This document shows positions 57,834 through 64,000 of a DNA stretch of 64,000 nucleotides, one piece after another. The notes beneath the pieces are model-generated. The model saw nothing but the letters and a program-made list of their open reading frames with translations, was not told the DNA's origin and ran no database searches. Source of the DNA: Vicinamibacterales bacterium (GTDB lineage: Bacteria > Acidobacteriota > Vicinamibacteria > Vicinamibacterales > UBA8438); contig OZ244900.1 in NCBI GenBank assembly GCA_965221595.1, positions 1,190,687 through 1,254,686 of the forward strand. Reading direction: 5' to 3'. The position numbers and the translations under genes were made by a program. Each line of letters begins with the position of its first letter. Position 1 is the first letter of the stretch.

Positions 57834-59483
57834 CTACCGTGCGACGACCCGCGTGACCGCCTTCGAACCCGCGCCGCCGGTGGCCCAGCCGCCGACGGCG
57901 GCCGAGAACTTGCCGGCGGTGCCGCCGGCCACCATGATCAGGATGTGCTCGGGGCGGGCGAACTTGGGGAACGGGCGGTCGAGAGCCGCCGGGGTCGGGC
58001 GGCCGGTTTCGTCCAGCCAGTCCTGCGGCAGCGCCCGCGGCACGGTGCCCTTCTGGCACTCGTCGTTGGGGAGCACGTCGCGCAGCGGGCGGGCGGTGAC
58101 TTCCTGGATGCGGGCGCGCAGGTCGTCCTTGCTGTAGCCGTCCCGTTCGAACGTGCGCGCGTGCTCGGGGGACACCACCAGCAGCGCCTGATCCATCCCG
58201 TGCAGCTTCACGTGAGCAATCGACTCCAGCGCCAGTCCCATCGTCGCGCCGAGCGACCGGGCGTTGCGCGATAGCTGGTCGCGGATGGCGCGCGGCGCCT
58301 CGGCGGCAAAGACGGTCACCGTGCTCTGCTCGCGGTCGAATCCGCGCTCGACGTGCAGCGGTTCCCAGCCGCTCAGTTCCTCCCGCTCCCCGATGCAGGC
58401 CCCGAGCTTGCCGGGCTGCCCCAGCGTCGACATGTCGACCTCGCCGGGGCGGCCGCCACCGACGTTGCGGACCAGGAGCTGCAGGGCGCGTCCGATCGTG
58501 GCGTTGGCGCGTGAGCCCTGGCCGAAGACGTTGCCGCCGCAGTTGAGGCCGATCTCGTTGCGGATGGGGCCGTTGACGATGATCAGCGGCCCGACGAAAT
58601 AGGTGGTCGCCAGCACGCCGTGCAGGTTGAACGCGTCGGTGCAGGCGGCCTCGACGGCCGCGATGACGACGGGCAGGTACTCGGGCCTGCAGCCGGCCAT
58701 CACGGCGCTGATGGCGACCTTCTCGACGGTGGCCGGGGCCAGATTGGGCGGGACGTGCGCGACCACGTCGGTGGCGGGCCGCGACGTGCCCTCCAGCATG
58801 CGGAGCACCCGCGCGGGGGTCGGCGGCACGACCGGCAGGCCGTCGGTCAGCCCGCGCTCGTCGAGGAACTCGAACTCGTCCAGGTCGGGGCCGGCCGGGA
58901 CGCGGACGCGGCGCGAAGCGAGGCGCTCCGTACCCCGCCGAACTGCCAGCCGCCGCGCAACGTCGGGATCGTGCACCCGTGATGCGCAGCCCGGGCGCTG
59001 TGCCGGCAACGATTCGCCGGCCAGCTCGACCGCGGGTGCCGGCGCACCGCAGCGCTTGGCGGCCTGTGCCACCAGCACCAGGAACTCCGCCTGCGACCAG
59101 CCCTCCATGCTCGCGAGCACCACGCCGTCCGGCGCCGTCAGCACCAGGGCCGGCACGGCGTCGAAGCCGTACTCCTCCGAAACGAGCAGCTCCGCGTCGA
59201 GCGCGCGGGGCAGCGAGAGTCCGTGGCGCTCTGCGAAGGCTGCGGTCAGCGCCGCGTCGTCCTGCGACACGCCCTGCACGCGCAGGCCGGCGGCGGACAG
59301 CGCGCTGTGAACCCGCTCGACGAGCGGGGCGGTCAGGTCGCAGGTCGCGCAGTCGTGCTTGAAAAAGAACAGCAGCGTCGCGGGCGCACCCGAGCGCTCG
59401 GGTCCGAACTCGCACGGATTGCCAGAGGCATCGCGCAGGGCGAACGCCGGGGCCTTCGTTCCGGCGGTGGGCAGCGTCGACAT
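57834..59483 (-). CDS. fusion protein: N-terminal thioredoxin-fold (AhpC/TSA-redoxin-like, CxxC) domain plus a C-terminal 'GLPVVPPTP / AGCRPEY' family domain
   Basis: Start at MSTLPTAGTKAPAFALRDASGNPCEF...LLFFFKHDCATCDL (redoxin with CATC). After a ~60-aa linker: LTDGLPVVPPTPARV, MAGCRPEY, FNLHGVLATT, VNGPIR, RANATIGRA, STLGQPGK (paralogue of 44131..45243). The 638-aa listed ORF extends upstream as a shadow. Confidence 0.7.
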   Translation of the reverse strand: MSTLPTAGTKAPAFALRDASGNPCEFGPERSGAPATLLFFFKHDCATCDLTAPLVERVHSALSAAGLRVQGVSQDDAALTAAFAERHGLSLPRALDAELLVSEEYGFDAVPALVLTAPDGVVLASMEGWSQAEFLVLVAQAAKRCGAPAPAVELAGESLPAQRPGCASRVHDPDVARRLAVRRGTERLASRRVRVPAGPDLDEFEFLDERGLTDGLPVVPPTPARVLRMLEGTSRPATDVVAHVPPNLAPATVEKVAISAVMAGCRPEYLPVVIAAVEAACTDAFNLHGVLATTYFVGPLIIVNGPIRNEIGLNCGGNVFGQGSRANATIGRALQLLVRNVGGGRPGEVDMSTLGQPGKLGACIGEREELSGWEPLHVERGFDREQSTVTVFAAEAPRAIRDQLSRNARSLGATMGLALESIAHVKLHGMDQALLVVSPEHARTFERDGYSKDDLRARIQEVTARPLRDVLPNDECQKGTVPRALPQDWLDETGRPTPAALDRPFPKFARPEHILIMVAGGTAGKFSAAVGGWATGGAGSKAVTRVVAR

Positions 59484-59508
59484 GGCGCCGCCCAGTATAG
59501 GCCGCGCG

Positions 59509-60642
59509 TCAGCAGAACGCCCGCACCAGATCGACGAGTACGTCGCGGCAGACCAGCACCGAGTCGATTCGCACGAACTCCTCCGAACCGTGGAGGCCTG
59601 CCCCGGCCGGGCCGAACAGGACCGCCGGCGTGCCGGCGCGGCCGAGGATGGCGGCGTCGGTCCAGAAGGACATGCCGGTCGGGGCGGCGTCCAGGCCGCG
59701 GGCTTCCAGCGTCTGCGCCAGGCTGCGGCAGACCGGATGCCCGTCGGCAATCTCGTGGGGCGGGCGAGTCATCAGCTGGTGGGCGGAGGCTTCGAACTCG
59801 GTGTCGTCCCGGCCGAGGGCGTCGAGAGCGGCGCGGACCTCCGTCAGGCCCGCGTCCGGGGGCTCGCCGATCAGCGTCCGCCGTTCGAAGCGAAGGACGC
59901 AGCGGTCGGGGTAGATGCTGTGGGACTGCCCGCCCTGGATGGTGGAGGCGTGCAGCGAGGCGCTGCCGAGCAGCGGGTGCCGCCGGCCGCCCTGCAGGGT
60001 CGCATCGAGCGCTTCGAGGCGCCCCAGTACGCGGCCCATGTGGGCGATGGCGTCGCGACCCTCCGCCGGTCGGCTGCCGTGCGCAGCGCGTCCGCGCGTC
60101 TCGACTTCGACCCACTCGAAGCCCTTGTGCGCCGTGGCCACCCGCAGATCCGTCGGCTCGGTCACGACGGCGCCGTCGGCCCTGTGCCCGGCGACCAGCC
60201 GTTGGGCGCCGGCGCTGGCGTGCTCCTCGTCGGCCACCGCCGCCACGACGAGCCGTCCGGCCGGCAGACCGCCGCGCCGCGCGACCGCGGCGGCCGCGTC
60301 CACCATGGCCGCGACGCCACTCTTCATGTCCTGGCTGCCGCGCCCGTACAGCCGGCCGTCGCGCTCGACGGGATCGAACGGCGCGGCCATGCCGTCGACG
60401 CCAACCGTGTCGGTGTGCCCGCAGAGCAGCAGCGTGCGGCCCGGCGACCGGCCCTCGATGACCCCGACGACGTTCGGCCGCCCGGGCGCAACGTCGGTCA
60501 ACTCGACGTCGACCCCGGCCGCCCGCAGCTCGGCCCCGACACGCTCGGCAACGCCGGCCTCGCCGGCGCCGCCGGGCGCCAGCGACGGGTTGACCGAATC
60601 GATGGCGACGAGGTCGCGCAGCAGTCGGATGACGGCGTCCAA
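59509..60642 (-). CDS. M20-family metallopeptidase/deacylase (ArgE/DapE/ACY1/CPG2-like)
   Basis: LLRDLVAIDSVNP, LLLCGHTDTV, AVADEEHAS, and a dimerisation domain. 25 nt upstream of the thioredoxin-fusion gene. Confidence 0.85.
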   Translation of the reverse strand: MDAVIRLLRDLVAIDSVNPSLAPGGAGEAGVAERVGAELRAAGVDVELTDVAPGRPNVVGVIEGRSPGRTLLLCGHTDTVGVDGMAAPFDPVERDGRLYGRGSQDMKSGVAAMVDAAAAVARRGGLPAGRLVVAAVADEEHASAGAQRLVAGHRADGAVVTEPTDLRVATAHKGFEWVEVETRGRAAHGSRPAEGRDAIAHMGRVLGRLEALDATLQGGRRHPLLGSASLHASTIQGGQSHSIYPDRCVLRFERRTLIGEPPDAGLTEVRAALDALGRDDTEFEASAHQLMTRPPHEIADGHPVCRSLAQTLEARGLDAAPTGMSFWTDAAILGRAGTPAVLFGPAGAGLHGSEEFVRIDSVLVCRDVLVDLVRAFC

Positions 60643-60777
60643 GGTGTGCGTGCAGCGTACCGGAACCGACAGCGGGATCCAATGCTTCGTCGTCCGCGCT
60701 CAGCGCTCGTGCATGCAGGGGCATGGATCCGGTGGCTCGGCGTCCTTCGGCGTGGCTCGCGCGACCGTTGTTCACTC

Positions 60778-60804
60778 TTGACGGAGCAGCTGCGAGCATA
60801 CAAT
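60778..60804 (+). promoter_or_regulatory. sigma70-like promoter candidate for the hicB-like gene
   Basis: TTGACG (60778-60783) and TACAAT (60799-60804) in the lowest-GC patch of the region. The spacer is only 15 nt, so this is tentative. AAGGAGA lies at 60824-60830, 9 nt before ATG 60840. Confidence 0.35.
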
Positions 60805-60839
60805 GATACGAAGAACTGGAAAGAAGGAGAATTATTCGA

Positions 60840-61469
60840 ATGAATTTCATACTGCGCGGCGCGGCGCTCTCAATCACGCGGGCCGACATCCTGGCGGCAA
60901 CGCGCGATGTTCCGCCGGCTCCTATCGATGGCCGCAACAAGTACTTCGTCGAACTCCACGGACGGAGCTTTCCGATCAAGCAGGTCCTGCGGCTGGTAAC
61001 CGGCCTGCCGCCCTTGGGCTTCACGGCCCAGGACGCGCATCGGATCCTCTCGAGGCTCGGCTTCGACATCGTCGAGTACCACGGACCCGCGCCGGCAGCT
61101 GCCGGCGCTCCGCCTCGTGCGGCCGGGAAGACTGGCTCGCTGCTTGATCGAGTGCTGCGTCGTCCTCGAGGTGATCGAGAGGGGCCGCCTCGTGCGGCTG
61201 GCGATCCTGACCCGTTGCTCGATCCGGACGCCGGGCATCAGGACGACGGCGAAGTCCTGAGGCTGCTGGTTGTGTTCCAGACGGACGAGGACGGCTGGGA
61301 GGTGGCAAGCTGCCCGACGCTCCCCGGGTGCCACAGCCAGGGGCGGACGAGGGAGGAGGCGCTCGACAACGTCCAGGAAGCGATCAAAGGCTATCTGGCG
61401 AGTCTGCGGGAGCACGAGGCGGCGCAGCCGGCATCGTCCGAATTTCAGATCATCGAAGTGCGGGCGTAG
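60840..61469 (+). CDS. hicB: HicB-family antitoxin with an extra N-terminal domain
   Basis: The C-terminal 70 aa (RLLVVFQTDEDGWEVASCPTLPGCHSQGRTREEALDNVQEAIKGYL) match the HicB/UPF0150 fold signature. It is preceded by a Pro/Ala/Gly/Arg-rich linker and a ~80-aa N-terminal domain (NKYFVELHGRSFPIKQVLRLVTG...AHRILSRLGFDIVEY). Confidence 0.7.
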   Translation: MNFILRGAALSITRADILAATRDVPPAPIDGRNKYFVELHGRSFPIKQVLRLVTGLPPLGFTAQDAHRILSRLGFDIVEYHGPAPAAAGAPPRAAGKTGSLLDRVLRRPRGDREGPPRAAGDPDPLLDPDAGHQDDGEVLRLLVVFQTDEDGWEVASCPTLPGCHSQGRTREEALDNVQEAIKGYLASLREHEAAQPASSEFQIIEVRA

Positions 61470-61474
61470 CTGTC

Positions 61475-61948
61475 GTGCGGCTCCCTGTTCTCTCCGGAGA
61501 CGACTTCGTGACAATAGTCGGGCGGATCGGATTTTCCCTCGATCGCACGGAAGGCAGCCACATCATCCTGATCGGGCCGACCGGCCGCCGACTCACGGTA
61601 CCGAGGCACCGGAAGCTGGGCCGCGGTCTTCTAAGAGCGCTCATCCGCGATACCGGCTTGACACGGGCAAAGTTTCTAGACGTTGCGAGTGGGGAGGTCA
61701 CGGCCATGAGCGGCATGGAGAGATCCGCTTTGGACTATTGGGTGTACGAGCACTGGACCGCGGAGCAAAAGGCCGTGGTCCACGCAGGGCACTGCGGGTT
61801 CTGCAAGCACGGCCAAGGTACCGACAAGCGGAAGCCGCGCGGCGATGCCAACGGGAAGTGGCACGGCCCGTATCCCACCGCCGCTGCTGCCGACGCCGCT
61901 GCGCGAGGAACTGGGCGACCGGCTCGCCGATGCCACCGGTGCATGTAG
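61475..61948 (+). CDS. hicA: HicA-family mRNA interferase toxin fused in frame to a C-terminal zinc-ribbon-like domain
   Basis: GTG 6 nt after the hicB stop. LPVLSGDDFVTIVGRIGFSLDRTEGSHIILIGPTGRRLTVPRHRKLGRGLLRALIRDTGL is the HicA/YcfA pattern. There is no stop before MSGMERSALDYWVYEHW...HAGHCGFCKHGQG...GKWHGPY...RRCHRCM. An internal GGGGAGG lies 9 nt before that ATG (61706). Confidence 0.65.
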   Translation: MRLPVLSGDDFVTIVGRIGFSLDRTEGSHIILIGPTGRRLTVPRHRKLGRGLLRALIRDTGLTRAKFLDVASGEVTAMSGMERSALDYWVYEHWTAEQKAVVHAGHCGFCKHGQGTDKRKPRGDANGKWHGPYPTAAAADAAARGTGRPARRCHRCM

Positions 61949-62145
61949 TCTGGCCGCGGGTGCGCGTCGGGCACCCGCGCCACGCAGAGACGCAGTGCGG
62001 GCATCGAGAAATCTGAATCCATCTCCTGCGGCAGCGGCCCCTGGTCGTCCGCTCAGTCGGCGTGTGCGGCTCCCATGGTTCGCGGCACGAGCAGAGCGGT
62101 TGCTAGAATGGCAGCGGCGCACTTCCGCGCCGACGACAGGATTCG

Positions 62146-63243
62146 ATGCGAGGATTGCTCATGACACGTCTGCTGCTGTTGCTCGCCATGGCCGGACTGC
62201 TCGCCGGCCTCCCGTGGCTGGTCGACCCGTCGGTCTCGGCCGTTGCACGCGGGCAATCGACGTCTGTTCCGGACGGTCCCGCCTATCGGTTCGAGGAGCT
62301 CGCCGACGGCGTCCACTTCGCCATCGGCACGGGCGCGATGACCGTCTTCAGCAACTCGCTGGTCATCATCAACGACGACCACGTGATGCTGGTGGACACC
62401 AGCGTCACTCCCGCCGCGGCGCGCACGCTGGTGGCGCAGATCCAGGCCGAGCTGACGTCCAAGCCGATTCGCTACGTGTTCAACTCGCACTACCACTTCG
62501 ACCACGCACACGGCAACCAGATTTTCGGCGACGACGTCGAGGTGATCGGGCACGACTACGTCCGGCGGATGCACCTCAGCAACGTGCTGGAGCAGCGCAC
62601 GAACCGGTCGTTCGATGCGGCCGTGCCGGGGCAGATCGCGCGGCTCGAACAGCAGGTCGCCGCGGCCGACGGACCTGAGCGGGAGGGGCTCGAGACCGAC
62701 CTCCGCATTGCCCGCGCCCACCAGACCGCACTGCGCGAGACCGTGGTGACGCCGCCCAACCTCACCTACAGCGACACGATGACCATCCACAAGGGCGGGC
62801 GCGAGGTGCAGCTCCACTTCGTGGGGCGCGGGCACACGGGCGGCGACACCATCGTCCTGCTGCCCGCCGAGCGCATCGCGTTCACGGGCGACTTCCTGGT
62901 CGGGTCGCCGGGTGCGCCGCGCCTCGCGTACATGGGCGACGCGTTCATCGACGAGTGGCCGGCGAGCCTCGGCCGCCTCAAGGAGCTGGACTTCGACGTC
63001 ATCGTTCCGGGTCACGGCGAGCCGTTCCGCGAGCGCGAGCAGATCGACCTGTACCAGCGCTACCTCCGGGACCTGTGGGCGCAGGTCGCGGACCTGCGCG
63101 CCGAGGGGCTGTCGGCCGAGGACGCCGCCGGTCGCGTGGACATGAGCGCGTTCGAGGCGGAGTACGGCAGCCGCGTCCGCAACGTGGACCCGCGCGCCGT
63201 GGTGCGTATCTACGAGCTGCTGCAGATCCAGATGCCGCTCTAG
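62146..63243 (+). CDS. MBL-fold metallo-hydrolase, exported
   Basis: Signal peptide, HxHxDH motif (NSHYHFDHAHGN), then GHTGGD and PGHG. Confidence 0.85.
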   Translation: MRGLLMTRLLLLLAMAGLLAGLPWLVDPSVSAVARGQSTSVPDGPAYRFEELADGVHFAIGTGAMTVFSNSLVIINDDHVMLVDTSVTPAAARTLVAQIQAELTSKPIRYVFNSHYHFDHAHGNQIFGDDVEVIGHDYVRRMHLSNVLEQRTNRSFDAAVPGQIARLEQQVAAADGPEREGLETDLRIARAHQTALRETVVTPPNLTYSDTMTIHKGGREVQLHFVGRGHTGGDTIVLLPAERIAFTGDFLVGSPGAPRLAYMGDAFIDEWPASLGRLKELDFDVIVPGHGEPFREREQIDLYQRYLRDLWAQVADLRAEGLSAEDAAGRVDMSAFEAEYGSRVRNVDPRAVVRIYELLQIQMPL

Positions 63244-63270
63244 CTCCGGCTCCGCTGCACGGACTCCTCG

Positions 63271-64000
63271 ATGAACGTCGTATCGACCCGCATCGCAGTG
63301 CTGGCGGTCGTCGGCCTCTGGGGCTGCGCGCCGCCGCCCACCCGGGACGTTGCGCCCGACCTCGAGCCGGCGCCGCGCGCGGCGCCGATCAACATCGCGC
63401 ACCGCGGGGCGTCCGCCTACGCCCCGGAGCACACCCTGCCGGCGTACCGGCTGGCGTTGGAGATGGGGGCGGACTACGTGGAGCAGGACCTGCAGCTCAC
63501 GCGGGACGGCCGGCTGGTCTGCCTCCACGATACGACCCTCGAGCGGACGACCGACGTCGAGGAGGTGTTCCCGGACCGTAGCGTGACGGTCGAGACGGCC
63601 GACGGGCCGCGGCGCGTGTGGCCGGTGGCCGCGTTCACGCTCGACGAGGTCAGGCAGCTCGACGCGGGGTCGTGGTTCAGCGCGGAATTCGCGGGGGCCC
63701 GCGTCCCCACGCTGCAGGAGGCCATCGACCTGGTGCAGGGCAACGCGGGTCTCTACATGGAGACGAAGGACCCGGAGACCTACGACGCGCTGGGACTGGC
63801 CATGGAGGCGGAGCTGGTGCGCGTGCTCGCAGCCAATGGCCTCGACTCGGCGGTCGCCCGCGCGGCCACGCCCGTCTTCGTACAGTCGTTCAGCCCCGCG
63901 AGCCTGCGGCGCATGCGCGATCTGGCGGGCGAGACCTACCCCCTGGTGCAGCTCGTCGGAGGGCCGGGGACGCGCGGCCTGCTGACCGACGAGGGCCTGG
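63271..64000 (+). CDS. glycerophosphodiester phosphodiesterase lipoprotein (partial; runs off the window end)
   Basis: Absent from the ORF track because it is open-ended. [19 protein letters not shown] has a lipobox. [20 protein letters not shown] and [19 protein letters not shown] are GDPD catalytic motifs. Confidence 0.8.
   Translation, partial: MNVVSTRIAVLAVVGLWGCAPPPTRDVAPDLEPAPRAAPINIAHRGASAYAPEHTLPAYRLALEMGADYVEQDLQLTRDGRLVCLHDTTLERTTDVEEVFPDRSVTVETADGPRRVWPVAAFTLDEVRQLDAGSWFSAEFAGARVPTLQEAIDLVQGNAGLYMETKDPETYDALGLAMEAELVRVLAANGLDSAVARAATPVFVQSFSPASLRRMRDLAGETYPLVQLVGGPGTRGLLTDEGL

Noticed and set aside
59223-61069. 412-aa plus-strand and 578-aa minus-strand ORFs over the M20 peptidase region
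   Set aside because: Extreme Arg/Pro/Gly content and no motifs. The alternative frame encodes a complete M20 enzyme.

Overview
The window is about 70% GC and densely coding, with roughly 58 protein genes and no rRNA, tRNA, CRISPR array or transposase that I could find. The gene content suggests a Gram-negative soil or sediment bacterium, possibly Acidobacteriota or Gemmatimonadota, but this is a low-confidence guess: a CarboxypepD_reg-type TonB-dependent receptor, LVIVD and BNR propellers, and many Sec/Tat-exported hydrolases. Most genes are ordinary catabolic or accessory metabolism: gluconolactonase, amidohydrolase, a PQQ dehydrogenase, phosphotriesterase-family, FAH-family, two AMP-dependent CoA ligases, three aminotransferases, a GT4 glycosyltransferase, MFS and DASS transporters, MutY, a dihaem cytochrome c and hemerythrin. 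Because of the high GC content, many long ORFs in the track are antisense shadows, and I rejected them.

The main result is two paralogous genes that the ORF track splits at an in-frame TGA (38135-38137 and 47992-47994, minus strand). Both TGAs sit at the same aligned position, inside a conserved D-[TGA]-G-S-C-T-S-C-S-x-H-D motif. Each is followed 11 nt later by a conserved 8-bp hairpin. I read these as UGSC-type selenocysteine proteins with bacterial SECIS elements. Each lies in an acyl-CoA or hydroxy-acid operon:
- One operon is UGSC, LarA-like, then ACAD, with an APH-like kinase and a MaoC dehydratase next to it.
- The other is exported protein, UGSC, FadB-like, retropepsin-like, then an uncharacterised 'GLPVVPPTP / AGCRPEY' protein. 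A paralogue of that last protein elsewhere in the window is fused to a CxxC thioredoxin-fold domain.
Together these suggest an undescribed selenoprotein/thiol redox module.

Other candidates worth a second look:
- a two-gene Rad50/SMC-like ABC ATPase (CPVCG hook) plus a small HEPN-like protein
- an atypical HicB/HicA pair in which HicA runs in frame into a zinc-ribbon domain
- a DUF222-HNH selfish-element-like gene in a low-GC-flanked islet
- a PQQ dehydrogenase that lacks the vicinal Cys-Cys but carries a lanthanide-type DxD
- a BNR propeller translationally coupled to a MoaD/ThiS-like GG-terminated protein
- two coding tandem repeats (21 bp and 69 bp)
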